DNA from: an uncultured Acidobacteriota bacterium
GTDB lineage: Bacteria; Acidobacteriota; Vicinamibacteria; Fen-336
Direction: 5' to 3'
DNA length: 64,000 nt
NCBI GenBank assembly: GCA_963720545.1
Contig: OY970399.1
Coordinates: 3,712,001 to 3,776,000 of the forward strand
Shown here: one piece after another, positions 1-12,688 of the stretch
Numbering within the stretch: position 1 is the first letter of the stretch
Layout: every line of letters starts with the position of its first letter
Program-made: the position numbers and the translations under genes
Notes under the pieces: generated by a model
The model's database searches: none
Told to the model about the DNA's origin: nothing
Seen by the model: only the letters and a program-made list of their open reading frames with translations

Positions 1-171
1 CCCGAGCGACTCGCAGCGTTCGCGACCAAGGGCACCGCCCTCGTCGGCGACGTCCACTTCCCTCAAGTCAGGGAAGTGGCCTCGGCGATCACCCCGGTCC
101 CCGGCGGCGTCGGCCCGCTGACGATCGCGCTGCTCATGAAAAACACCGTCGCCGCCGCAAGCCGGCACTAG
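1..171 (+). CDS. folD: Methylenetetrahydrofolate dehydrogenase/cyclohydrolase, C-terminal part (truncated by window edge)
   Basis: Frame 1 reads ...[36 protein letters not shown]..., the FolD C-terminal signature; TAG at 169-171. Confidence 0.95.
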   Translation, partial: PERLAAFATKGTALVGDVHFPQVREVASAITPVPGGVGPLTIALLMKNTVAAASRH

Positions 172-177
172 GCAGAA

Positions 178-633
178 CTAGTTCGCCGTGACTTGACCGA
201 CCATGCTCGGATGTATCGAGCAGTGATAGGGGATGGCCCCGGCAGCGCCGATCGTCACAGGAGCGCTTGTGGTGTTCGGCGCGATGTTGCCGGTGTTGAA
301 CGCCGATCCCGCATCTGGCACCACCGCATGAACGACCGAGTCGCTGTTATGCCACGCCACCGTCTGGCCGACGCGCAGCGTTGCGCCAGCAGGTGAGAAC
401 GACATTCCGCCACTGATTCCCAGGATGTTGATGACCACGTCCGCCGTGGCCCCGGGAGTTGGAGTGGGGGTGGGAGTAGGAGTCGGAGTCGGGGTGGGAG
501 TAGGAGTCGGAGTGGGACCAGGCGACGGTGAGGAAGGCGACGAGGGTGAGTCTGAATCATCCGAACAAGCGCCGGCGCCGATGACAGCGGACAAGGCGAT
601 GACAATCAAGGCCGACGACCAATGCAATTTCAT
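178..633 (-). CDS. Plastocyanin/cupredoxin-like blue copper lipoprotein with Pro-Thr linker
   Basis: Signal peptide ending AGA-C (lipobox-like), (PT)n linker, upstream His and YHCSIHPSM type-1 copper ligand motif. Confidence 0.85.
   Translation of the reverse strand: MKLHWSSALIVIALSAVIGAGACSDDSDSPSSPSSPSPGPTPTPTPTPTPTPTPTPTPTPGATADVVINILGISGGMSFSPAGATLRVGQTVAWHNSDSVVHAVVPDAGSAFNTGNIAPNTTSAPVTIGAAGAIPYHCSIHPSMVGQVTAN
455..516. repeat. Degenerate 6-bp tandem repeat (GGRGTN)x10 encoding (PT)10
   Basis: ggagtt ggagtg ggggtg ggagta ggagtc... read directly from the sequence. Confidence 0.9.
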
Positions 634-813
634 TTCGCGGCTCCTTCGAAGAGCGACCGGGTTTCGGGTCGATTCCGAAAGCGGCGCCCATTGAAAGTAG
701 GACTCCGCTGGAGCCGCTGATGGAACACGCGTGACTTATGACAAATGCCCACCGAAAAACAGAAAAGCGGCGTGGCGACGATCGGGCGCCAGCGGGAAAC
801 GGTGCGACCAGTT

Positions 814-1629
814 CTACTTCTTGAAGTAGTTGATGTCCTGCGGTCCGTCGCCGAGACGAGCGAGAACCACATCCTCGGCTGCCTTGCCCCAGTGAGCGGT
901 CTTCGCCGGGATGACGAAGTAACCGCCTGCAGGCACGCTCTTGCCGGTGTGGTCGTCCACCGTTTCGCCTTCACCGGTGATCATCGTGCCGGACAGCACC
1001 GTCACCACTTCGCCCGCTCCGTGCCAGTGAGGAGGATTGACGAGACCGCGGGGAAGCTTCAGCAGGATGAGGTAGGGCCCTGTCTTCGGATCGCCATATT
1101 GAAGCGACGTTTCAACCCCTGAAACCAGGCCCTGTCCGTTCTCCCACACCACGTCCTTCGCCTGCACGACTGTGATCGACGCATTTCCAGGCGCCTTCTC
1201 CCCGTCCTTGAGGATGGTCATCTCGCGGGGCCCAGGCGAGTACCGGAGAATCACGGTTTCCGCCAGGGTCCTCGCCCAGTGCGCGGTCTTCGCCGGGATC
1301 GTGAAGGAGCCACCGGGCCCTACCGCGACGCCTTTTGCTTCGTCGACGGAATCGCCCCCGCCAACGAGGACAGAACCGGAAACCACGGTCACGACTTCGT
1401 CGAACTGGTGAAAGTGCGCCGGCAACTGATAGCCGGCGGCAAACTTGAAAAGCGCCTCATAGGCACCCGCCGTGGGATCACCCCATTCAATGGCCGTCAT
1501 CGGCCCACCCGCCATCCCGGGCGTCGCCTGCCATGCAATTTGTTCTTTGGTGACAGCGACGACCTTGTCCGGACCCGCACCACTCACAACCGAAGGCAAC
1601 AGCAGTAGCCCCACCGCAAGTCGTCGCAT
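814..1629 (-). CDS. Secreted tandem cupin-domain protein (DUF4437-like)
   Basis: Signal peptide plus two homologous repeats (GDP..G.Y..L.K...G...P.H.H...EVVTV.SG...G....IPAKTAHW). Confidence 0.8.
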   Translation of the reverse strand: MRRLAVGLLLLPSVVSGAGPDKVVAVTKEQIAWQATPGMAGGPMTAIEWGDPTAGAYEALFKFAAGYQLPAHFHQFDEVVTVVSGSVLVGGGDSVDEAKGVAVGPGGSFTIPAKTAHWARTLAETVILRYSPGPREMTILKDGEKAPGNASITVVQAKDVVWENGQGLVSGVETSLQYGDPKTGPYLILLKLPRGLVNPPHWHGAGEVVTVLSGTMITGEGETVDDHTGKSVPAGGYFVIPAKTAHWGKAAEDVVLARLGDGPQDINYFKK

Positions 1630-1739
1630 CGAGTCCTCCGGGAAGTGCCCATCGTAGTGGGTTGATCGACGCCAAAGCCACGACCATCCGTTCCAATGCG
1701 CGTGGGCGCTAGACTCCGCCTGAAGCTCAGGAGGTCAAA

Positions 1740-1787
1740 ATGCGCGTATGTCACCGGCTCACTGACCCCGAAGGGCGACGACCGTGA
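1740..1787 (+). CDS. Putative 15-aa peptide MRVCHRLTDPEGRRP, translationally coupled to the next gene
   Basis: AGGAGGT Shine-Dalgarno at 1729-1735, ATG at 1740; its TGA overlaps the GTG start of the next ORF (GTGA, 1784-1787). Confidence 0.45.
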   Translation: MRVCHRLTDPEGRRP

Positions 1788-2428
1788 GCCACCTGCTTGA
1801 AGTAGTCGTGGCACTGTACGCATTCACCCTTGTCGGATTGTTCGTTCGCGGCATGGCCCTTACCTTGTTCGCATTCACGGCCTACCTGGCGGTGCTGCTC
1901 GCCCATGGGCTGATCGTCATGGATGGCCGCTTACTCAATAAAGACACTTGGATGGCAACCGAGTTGGCACTCCAGGTTTTGGAAGTCGCCGTTGTGTTGC
2001 AGCTTGGCCAAGCCATCCTGGGTAGCACTCGAAAGACGCGTCGGATCTTCTGGTTCTGCACAAGCGGAATCGGGTTGACGATTGCCATTCTGTTGAACTC
2101 GCGCCCCTCGAGCACGTCACTCACCGTCGCGATCGTTTCCAATTGCCATTACCCCGTCCTCGCTCTCCTGATCGTCACGCTCTTGCTGGCGCGTGTTTTC
2201 GTGATTCCAATCGGTCGGCTTAATCAGGCGGTGCTGGTCGGAATCGCGGCGCCATTGGCACTCGGGCCAGTCATGTCAGTGACTTCCTGGTTGGTTTCAC
2301 TTCTGGGTTTTTCCGGCCCCGTGCCGCCGTACGCATGGACCAACAGCATTCTGGCCGCTGGCGGATACGCGTCCGCATTTATTTGGGCGATCGGCGTGTT
2401 GACCGCCCCTGCGGAAGCTGGCGGTTAA
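1784..2428 (+). CDS. Hypothetical multi-pass (about 7 TM) membrane protein
   Basis: 214-aa ORF consisting almost entirely of hydrophobic helices; no family recognised. Confidence 0.65.
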   Translation: MSHLLEVVVALYAFTLVGLFVRGMALTLFAFTAYLAVLLAHGLIVMDGRLLNKDTWMATELALQVLEVAVVLQLGQAILGSTRKTRRIFWFCTSGIGLTIAILLNSRPSSTSLTVAIVSNCHYPVLALLIVTLLLARVFVIPIGRLNQAVLVGIAAPLALGPVMSVTSWLVSLLGFSGPVPPYAWTNSILAAGGYASAFIWAIGVLTAPAEAGG

Positions 2429-2540
2429 CACTGAGGGCAGGAATAGATCGGGCGGCGCGCGAGCGCTCGTGTGGCGAGCCCGGCGCTCACCCCCTCGGCC
2501 TCTTACGAGACCGAACCAACGGGACGGTAACATCTCAGGG

Positions 2541-3521
2541 ATGGTGTTTCGGGTTGGGTTGACTGGGGGGATTGCTTCGGGGAAGTCGCGGGTGCTGCAG
2601 AGGTTTGCGGCGGCCGGGTTTCAGACGATCGATCTCGATCAGGTTGCCCATGAGGTGATGGCGCCGGGCGGACCGGCTTATGCCGATGTGGTTTCGACTT
2701 TTGGCGAGTCGATACTCGGGGCCGATGAGACGATCGATCGGCGGCGGCTGGGTGAGATTGTTTTCGCGGATGACGAGGCGCGGCGGAGGCTCAACGGCCT
2801 GGTTCATCCGCGCGTGCGCGATGCCGAGGCGCAGCGGATTCAAGGGATGGGCGATTCGTCGAGCATTGTCGTGACGGATGCGGCGTTGCTCGTTGAATCG
2901 GGGATTCATCTTCGCTTCGACCGGTTGGTCGTTGCCTACTGTTCGCCCGGGGAACAGCTGCGGCGGCTGATGGCCCGGGATCGTATCGATGAAGCTGCTG
3001 CTTCTCGACGGATAGCGGCGCAGATGCCGATCGACGACAAAGTCGGGTTTGCGCATCTTGGCGTCGAGACGAACGGGACGCTCGAGGACACTGACGCCCG
3101 CGCTGATCAGGCGGCTGCCCTGCTGAAGGAGCTGTCACTTGTGCCACGTTCGCCCTTGTCGGTGGAGGAGTCTCGTGCTGCTTCTCTTGCTGCGAAGTTC
3201 GGGGTGGATGGGCCGCGCGGGCTGACGGCGCCGGGCGTTGCTGAGCGAATCGCCGAGGACGGTGGGATGGAGATGGAGGGGTTGGCCGGGCTACTCAATC
3301 CGCCGACGAAGCGCCCGTGGTACGAGGCCGCTCGTGACGGCGCCATACGTGAGCCGGTGGAACCGATACTCGTTCCGGTAGTTCGCTGGGCGCTTGAGCG
3401 TTGTGGCCGCGACGAGGACTACATCCGCGGTGCTGCGATTTCGCTGGCGCGGCTGGTCGCGGCCGATACTGGCGACACCGTTTCTGCCGCGGCGCGCATT
3501 GCGGTGCGGCTCGCCGGCTAG
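2541..3521 (+). CDS. coaE: Dephospho-CoA kinase with ~125-aa C-terminal extension
   Basis: MVFRVGLTGGIASGKS P-loop, IDRRRLGEIVF, LNGLVHPRV, RIAAQMP motifs. Confidence 0.92.
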   Translation: MVFRVGLTGGIASGKSRVLQRFAAAGFQTIDLDQVAHEVMAPGGPAYADVVSTFGESILGADETIDRRRLGEIVFADDEARRRLNGLVHPRVRDAEAQRIQGMGDSSSIVVTDAALLVESGIHLRFDRLVVAYCSPGEQLRRLMARDRIDEAAASRRIAAQMPIDDKVGFAHLGVETNGTLEDTDARADQAAALLKELSLVPRSPLSVEESRAASLAAKFGVDGPRGLTAPGVAERIAEDGGMEMEGLAGLLNPPTKRPWYEAARDGAIREPVEPILVPVVRWALERCGRDEDYIRGAAISLARLVAADTGDTVSAAARIAVRLAG

Positions 3522-4690
3522 TTTTCCCTCGCGACCCGCTCCTCGGCGAAGGTGCCCCAACGGTGGCACTGCGGACAGCGCCACAGCATCGCGTCGGCGC
3601 GGTAGCGGCACGACGAGCACAGGTGCGGGTCGGTGTAGAACGACGAGCGCATGGCGGCGATCACCTCGTCCTGCTTGTCCGAGCGCACGCCGAGGAGCCG
3701 CAGCGTTTCGAGCAGCGTCACCTGTACCGAGAGCGCCTGGGGGTTCACTTCGAGCGCGCGCACCAGCAGGCCGTACGCTTCGTCGTGGCGGCCGGCCGCG
3801 TTTAGGTGCTGGGCCAGGCTAAGGCGGGCGCGCCAGTCTTGCGGGTCTCGGGCGATGAGCCGCTCGCAGAGCTCCTCGAGCCTGGTCGGTTCGCCGCTCG
3901 CGCGATAGGCCTCGGCGAGGCGCGTGAATGCCAGGTACGCGCGCTCCGGCATCAGCGTAATCGCCGACTCCAGTGTTTCGACGGCTTTCTTTGCATCGCC
4001 TGGCATGGCCAGGTCGGCGATGCCGAGATAGGCGGGGAAGACGCGGCGGTCGAGCCTCAGCGCGTTGTCGAAGGCTTCGCGCGCCTCGTCCTTTCTGCTG
4101 TGGTCGAGGGCTTCGCGGCCCACTTCGGCCTGCAGGTAGCCGAGCACCAGGTTGTCGTCACTCTTGCGCAGGCGCGAGATGCGCGACTGCACGTCGAAAG
4201 CGTCGCGGAAGCGGCGCTGGTCTTCGAGCACGCGCTCCAGCTCCTCGAGCGCCTGCAGGTCGCGCGGGTCGGTCTCGAGCACTTCCTCGAAGGCCTCTGT
4301 CGCACGGTCCAGGAAACCGGCCTTGCGGAAGTCGGATCCGAGGCAGGCTTGAGCGTAGCGGCGTTCGACCCGCGTGAGATCGATCCGCGCCATCACGCCC
4401 TGGTGCACCTGGATCGCCTTTTCCACCTGGCCGGCCTCGCGCAGCAGGTTGCCGAGGATCAGCTGCACCTCGATCGCGCCGGGGTCCTCACGCGCCACAC
4501 GGCTCAATTCCGCGATGGCCTTGTCGTTGCGGCCTTCAGCCAGGGCGTGCAGTCCCAGCTGATAGTGCGGCGAGCCACGGAAGGCAAGACGCGCGCGGCT
4601 CTCGCGGCGGGCTGCGGCGCTCCAGGCGCGGCCGGCCAGCAGGCCGACCGCGGCGGCCAGCACGACGGCGACGAGGGCAGTATCGGCCAA
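3518..4690 (-). CDS. lapB: LPS assembly protein B-like (TM, TPR repeats, rubredoxin-like C-terminus)
   Basis: N-terminal TM, LGNLLREAGQVEKAIQVHQ and LGSDFRKAGFLDRA TPRs, C-terminal CSSC...WRCPQC. Confidence 0.85.
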   Translation of the reverse strand: MADTALVAVVLAAAVGLLAGRAWSAAARRESRARLAFRGSPHYQLGLHALAEGRNDKAIAELSRVAREDPGAIEVQLILGNLLREAGQVEKAIQVHQGVMARIDLTRVERRYAQACLGSDFRKAGFLDRATEAFEEVLETDPRDLQALEELERVLEDQRRFRDAFDVQSRISRLRKSDDNLVLGYLQAEVGREALDHSRKDEAREAFDNALRLDRRVFPAYLGIADLAMPGDAKKAVETLESAITLMPERAYLAFTRLAEAYRASGEPTRLEELCERLIARDPQDWRARLSLAQHLNAAGRHDEAYGLLVRALEVNPQALSVQVTLLETLRLLGVRSDKQDEVIAAMRSSFYTDPHLCSSCRYRADAMLWRCPQCHRWGTFAEERVAREN

Positions 4691-4702
4691 CGGCTCTCGT
4701 CC

Positions 4703-5242
4703 CTAGAGCGCCGTGGCGCCGTATGGTGCGATGACGCGCTCCCAGTCGCCACGCGCCCGGAGTATCGCTTCCACGAACTCGCGAAAGGCGCCGTGGCCGC
4801 CGGTGGCATCGGTGACCATGAAGGCCTGGGCGCGGATGTCGAGCGGCGCGTCCGCGGGCGCCGCGCTGAGGGCCGCGGCGTTCATGCAGGCAGTGTCGAC
4901 GACGTCGTCGCCCATGTAGGCAACGTTCGTCCACGCGAGGCCGCGCTCGGCAAGCAACTGGTCCACCCGCGCCTTCTTGTCTTTGATGCCTTGCAGCACG
5001 ATCTCGATGCCCAGCTCGCGCGCGCGCCGCGCCACGACATCGCTGCTGCGGCCCGAGATCATGCCCAGCTCGAGCCCGGAAGAAATCGCCAGCTTGGCGG
5101 CCAGGCCGTCGCGCGCATGAAAGCCCTTGCTCTCGGCGCCGTCGGCCGAGAACCACAGCGTGCCGTCGGTGAGCACGCCGTCCACGTCGGTGAGGATGAG
5201 CCGCAGGTCGCGGGACCGCACGGCAACCGCCGCCTCCTTCAA
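4703..5242 (-). CDS. kdsC: KDO 8-phosphate phosphatase (HAD family)
   Basis: DVDGVLTDG, RDG, YMGDD, GGHGAFRE motifs; TTG start overlapping the kdsD stop is inferred. Confidence 0.92.
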   Translation of the reverse strand: MKEAAVAVRSRDLRLILTDVDGVLTDGTLWFSADGAESKGFHARDGLAAKLAISSGLELGMISGRSSDVVARRARELGIEIVLQGIKDKKARVDQLLAERGLAWTNVAYMGDDVVDTACMNAAALSAAPADAPLDIRAQAFMVTDATGGHGAFREFVEAILRARGDWERVIAPYGATAL

Positions 5243-6198
5243 ATGAGCTCCGTCTTCCACAGGTCGTGGAGATGGACGAGTCCTTCGACGCGGCGCTCAG
5301 CGTCGGCCACGACGACCGACGTGATGCGGCGCTCTTCCATCACCGCGAGGGCGGCGGTCGCCATCTCGCGGCGGCGGATCACCACCGGCTCCTTGGTCAT
5401 GCACTCCTCGGCGGTGGCGGCAAGGAAACGGTCGCCTTGGCCCTCGACGTGGCGGCGGACGTCGCCATCGGAGATGACGCCAAGCAGCCGGTCGTTGCTA
5501 TCGACGACAGTGGTCATTCCCATGCGCTTGCGCGTCATCTCGAAGAGCACGTCGCGCATCGACGTCTGCGGGTTGACCTTTGGCAACTGGTCGCCCGAGT
5601 GCATCACGTCCTCGACACGCAGCAGTTTCTTGCCGAGGCGGCCGCCGGGATGGAGCGTGGCGAAATCGTCCACGGTGAACCCGCGGCGCTCCAGCAGCGA
5701 CATGGCAAGCGCATCGCCCATGGCGACGGCGGCAGTGGTGGAGGCTGTCGGCGCCAGGCCCAGCGGGCACGCCTCTTCCGAGATCGAGACATCGATATGG
5801 ACGTCGGCGACGCCGGCCAGGCCGGACTTGTCATTGCCGCTCATGGCGATCAGCGGGCACTCGAGGCGCTTCACCAGCGAAGCGAGCATCACGATCTCCG
5901 GCGTGTCGCCGCTGTTCGAGAGTGCCAGCACGGCATCGCCCTTGACGATGCGGCCGAGGTCGCCGTGCAGTGCCTCGGCCGTGTGCAGGAACAGGGAAGG
6001 CGTGCCGGTGGACGCGAGGGTGGCCGAAATCTTCTGCGCGATGATGCCGCTCTTGCCGATGCCGGTCACCACCACGCGGCCGGCGCAGTTGAAGAGGATG
6101 TCCACGGCGCGGTCGAAGGAAGCGTCGATGCGCGGCACCAGGTCGGCGATGGCCCTGGCTTCTATCTCGAGGACGCGGCGCGCCGTCTCGCGGGACAT
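5239..6198 (-). CDS. kdsD: Arabinose 5-phosphate isomerase (SIS domain plus two CBS domains)
   Basis: GIGKSG, EALHGDLG, EACPLGLAPTASTT, HPGGRLG, C-terminal CBS pair. Confidence 0.95.
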   Translation of the reverse strand: MSRETARRVLEIEARAIADLVPRIDASFDRAVDILFNCAGRVVVTGIGKSGIIAQKISATLASTGTPSLFLHTAEALHGDLGRIVKGDAVLALSNSGDTPEIVMLASLVKRLECPLIAMSGNDKSGLAGVADVHIDVSISEEACPLGLAPTASTTAAVAMGDALAMSLLERRGFTVDDFATLHPGGRLGKKLLRVEDVMHSGDQLPKVNPQTSMRDVLFEMTRKRMGMTTVVDSNDRLLGVISDGDVRRHVEGQGDRFLAATAEECMTKEPVVIRRREMATAALAVMEERRITSVVVADAERRVEGLVHLHDLWKTELI

Positions 6199-6209
6199 TG
6201 GGAACGATG

Positions 6210-7030
6210 TTATGCGCGAACCGTGATGGCGTGGATCGCGAGCAGCCGCTTCAGCAGACGGCTCAGGCCCGAGAGCTTGTACGAGTTGGGGCCGTCGGAA
6301 AGCGCGCGAGCCGGGTTCTCGTGCACCTCCATGAAGAGGCCGTCGATGCCGGCGGCCACCGCCGCGGGCGCCAGGGTATCGATGAAGTTCGAGTCGCCGC
6401 CCGAGCGGTCGCCCAGGCCCCCGGGACGCTGCACGCTGTGGGTCGCGTCGAACACGACGGGGAAGCCGAAGGCACGCAGCACGGGGAACGAGCGCGGATC
6501 GACCACCAGGTTGTTGTAGCCGAAGGTGAAGCCGCGCTCGGTGACCAGCACGTTCCTGTTACCGGTGGCTGCCGCCTTGTCGAGGATCGGCTTCATGTCC
6601 CACGGCGCCATGAACTGGCCCTTCTTGATGTTCACGGGCTTGCCGGTGCGCGCCGCTTCCACCACCAGGTCGGTCTGCCGGCAGAGGAAGGCCGGGATCT
6701 GCAACACATCCGCGACCTGCGCCACGCGCTCGACCTGCTCCACCTCGTGCACGTCGGTGACGATCGGCAGGTTGTGCTTCGCCCGCACGCTCGCCAGGAT
6801 CTCGAGGCCCCGCTCGATGCCGGGGCCGCGGTACGACTTGCCGCTGCTGCGGTTCGCCTTGTCGTAGCTCGCCTTGAAGATGTAGGGGATGCCCAGCTCG
6901 CCGGTGATCTCGGCAATGCGGCCCGCCATGAACGACGGATGCTTGTCGTTCTCGATGACACACGGCCCGGCCATCAGGAACAGCTTGCCGCCGCCGAAGC
7001 GGCGGGCGCCGATGCGGAACTCGCGCTTGC

Positions 7031-7034
<4 letters not shown>
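6210..7034 (-). CDS. kdsA: KDO 8-phosphate synthase
   Basis: AGPCVIE, KASYDKANRSS, QIPAFLCRQT, KKGQF, DATHSVQ; GTG start overlaps the pyrG stop. Confidence 0.95.
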
Positions 7035-9473
<2,439 letters not shown>

Positions 9474-9529
9474 ATCGCGAGTGATGCTAAGTGGGTGGTT
9501 CCATTGAAGTCAACTTGTGCGCCGCATCC

Positions 9530-9564
9530 TTGACACCTTCCTCGACGTCGGCATAGGATTTGCC
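9530..9564 (+). promoter_or_regulatory. Overlapping sigma70-like (TTGACA-N18-TAGGAT) and sigma54-like (GGCAT-AGGAT-TTGC) promoter motifs upstream of pilB
   Basis: TTGACA at 9530-9535, TAGGAT at 9554-9559; GG at 9550-9551 and GC at 9562-9563 (GG-N10-GC). Confidence 0.55.
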
Positions 9565-9608
9565 CCGTAACTATTGAAAAAGGCGACATTTTTAATGGTC
9601 TGGCCGGC

Positions 9609-11506
9609 GTGCCCATAAAAATCGGCGAGCTGCTGCTCAAGGAAAACCTCGTCAACCAAACCCAGCTCCAGGAAGCCCTCAGCCAGCAGAAGTCCTCCGG
9701 GGCGAAGCTGGGGCGCGTCCTGGTGACCATGGGCTTCGTCCGGGACGACGAGATCACCAGCCTGCTGTCCCGCCAGTACGGGGTGCCCTCGATCAACCTC
9801 GAGCACTTCGAGGTCGACGCCGGCGTCATCAAGATGATTCCCGCCGGAGACGGCGCGCAAGTACCAGATCCTGCCGCTGTCGCCGTTCGGGCGCAACGCT
9901 CACAATCGCCATGGCCGACCCCACGAACGTGTTCGCCATGGACGACATCAAGTTCATGACCGGCTACAACGTCGAGCCGGTAGTGGCATCGGAGACGCTC
10001 GCTCGACGAGGCGATCGAGAAGCTACTACGGCAGTCAACCGCGGTCCTGCAGCTGCGAGACGGCGCGCGTGGCGAGAAGGGGATGGCTCCGTTCTCGCAG
10101 ACGTTCGGTCCCGGCAGCGCGTTCGGTGGCGGCACCGGCGGCATCCCGCTCCTCAAGGAAGTGATCGAGGGGCCGTCGCTGTCGTTCGACGACATGGCCT
10201 CGGTCGGCCTGCACGAGGTGGACGTCGACAGCCTCGGCGTCGAGGAAGGCGAACGTCGAGACGATCAAGCACCGACGACGACGAGATCGACCTCGGCGCA
10301 GCTGACGCAAGCTCGTCGGAAGCGGCGCCCGTCATCAAGCTCTCGAACGTGCTGCTCATCGACGCCTTGAAGCGCGGCGCCTCCGACATCCATATCGAGC
10401 CGTACGAGAAGGAGTTCCGCGTCCGCTTCCGCATCGACGGCATGCTCTACAACGTCATGGCGCTGCCGATGAAGCTGCAAGCGACCCGCTCACCTCGCGC
10501 CTCAAGATCATGGCGAAGCTCGACATCTCCGAGAAGCGCCTGCCGCAGGACGGCCGCATCAAGATCCGCCTGAAGATCGAGGACCGCAGCCGCGAGATGG
10601 ACTTCCGCGTCTCGTCCTTGCCCACGCTGTGGGGCGAGAAGATCGTCCTGCGGCTGCTCGACAAGACGAAGCTGATGCTCGACATGACCAAGCTCGGCTT
10701 CGAGCTGGACTCGCTCGACCGCTTCCAGAAGCGCGATCGCGAAGCCGTACGGCATCGTGCTGGTCACCGGCCCCACTGGTTCGGGCAAGACCAACACGCT
10801 CTACTCGGCGATCGCGCAGCTCAACAAGCCCGACACCAACATCATGACCGCCGAGGATCCGGTCGAGTTCAACCTCGCCCGGCATCAACCAGGTGCAGAT
10901 CAAGGACGCAGATCGGCCTGAACTTCGCGACCGCGCTGCGCTCGTTCCTGCGCCAGGACCCGAACATCATCCTGGTCGGCGAGATCCGCGACTACGAGAC
11001 GGCCGAGATCGCGGTCAAGGCCGCGCTGACCGGCCACCTCGTGCTCTCGACACTGCACACGAACGACGCGCCCTCGACCGTCTCGCGCCTGGTCAACATG
11101 GGCATCGAGCCGTTCCTGGTCGGCACAGCCATCAACCTCATCCAGGCCCAGCGCCTCATCCGCCGCGTCTGCACCAACTGCAAGGAAGAAGTCGACGGAC
11201 GTGCCCGCGAAGACCCTGATCGAGATCGGCTTCGCGCCCGACGGCCACCGCCGGCATGAAGCTGTTCCAGGGCCGCGGCTGCCGGACGCTGCAACGGCAC
11301 CGGCTACAAGGGCCGCGTCGGGCTCTACGAGGTCATGGAGATCTCCGAGGGCATCCGCGACCTGATCATGGTGGGCGCCACCGCGGTGGAGATCAAGCGG
11401 CAAGGCGCTCGAGGAGGGCATGCTCACTCTGCGCATGAGCGGCCTCGAGAAGATCAAGCACGGCATCACGACGATCGAGGAAGTCCTGCGCGAGACCGTT
11501 CTCTAG
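9609..11506 (+). CDS. pilB: Type IV pilus assembly ATPase (multiple apparent frameshifts)
   Basis: MshEN-like [71 protein letters not shown] and Cys motifs pieced across frames. Confidence 0.9.
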
Positions 11507-11523
11507 GGAGGGTTGGTTCAATA

Positions 11524-12664
11524 GTGAGCGCCAGCACTGCATCAGCTGCTGAAGACGATGACCGAGATGGGCGGGCACCGACCTCCACGTCACCACCAAC
11601 TCGCGCGCCGCAGATCCGCGTCGACGGCAAGCTGCGCGCCGCTCGACCTGCCCGCCGCTGACCGCGTCGACACCAAGCAGCTCGCCTACAGCGTGCTGAC
11701 CGACGCGCAGAAGCACCGCTTCGAGGAGAACCTCGAGCTCGACTTCAGCTTCGGCATCAAGGGCCTGGCGCGCTTCCGCTCCAACGTCTTCATGCAGCGC
11801 GGCGCGGTGGCCGCCGTCTACCGCACGATCCCCTACGAGATCCGCAGCTTCAAGGAGCTGGGCCTGCCGCCGGTGGTTTCGCCAGCATCTGCGACAAGCC
11901 GCGCGGCCTGGTGCTGGTGACCGGGCCGACCGGTTCCGGCAAGTCGACGACACTCGCGGCGATGCTCGACAAGATCAACAGCGAGCGCGCACGAGCACAT
12001 GATCACGATCGAGGACCCGATCGAGTACCTGCACGGGCACAAGAAGTGCGTGGTCAACCAGCGCGAGCTGCACGCCGACACGCACTCCTTCGCCAACGCG
12101 CTGCGCGCCGCCCTGCGCGAGGACCCCGACGTCGTCCTCATCGGCGAAATGCGCGACCTGGAGACGATCGAGTCGGCGCTGCGCATCGCCGAGACGGGCC
12201 ACTTGACCTTCGCGCACGCTGCACACCAACTCGGCGGCCCAGACCATCAACCGCATCATCGACGTGTTCCCGGCCCACCAGCAGTCGCAGATCCGCGCCC
12301 AGCTGTCGCTGGTGCTCGAAGGCATCATGTGCCAGGCGCTGCTGCCCAAGGCGAGCGGCAGCGGCCGCGCGCTGGCGATGGAGATCATGGTGCCGAACGC
12401 CGGCCATCCGGAACCTGATCCGCGAGGACAAGATCCACCAGATCTACTCGTCGATGCAGACCGGCCAGGAGAAGTACGGGATGCAGACGTTCAACCAGTC
12501 CCTGGCAACGCTGTTCCACAACAAGCAGATCTCGCTGCAGACGGCGCTCGGCATGAGCTCGCATGCCCGACGAGCTGCAGGACATGATCAACCGCGGCGC
12601 TGGCCTGACGACGGCGCAGGCGGGCCAGACCCGGCCGGCGCAGCCGCGCGCCGGCGTTCGATAG
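11524..12664 (+). CDS. pilT: Type IV pilus retraction ATPase (multiple apparent frameshifts)
   Basis: [60 protein letters not shown]. Confidence 0.9.
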
Positions 12665-12688
12665 ACAGGTCAGGGAGAGGGGATCGCA

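Noticed and set aside
455..516. Short tandem repeats (also 55261-55335) as CRISPR or phase-variation tracts
   Set aside because: In-frame, degenerate coding repeats with no unique spacers and no cas genes.
2538..2583. G-quadruplex-like G tracts at the coaE start
   Set aside because: Explained by Gly/Val codons of the P-loop region; no independent support.
3806..6226. Long antisense or alternative-frame ORFs (e.g. 3806-6226, 28198-30357, 30388-32544, 34174-36516, 57394-59505)
   Set aside because: Shadow ORFs expected in high-GC DNA opposite well-supported genes; no recognisable motifs.
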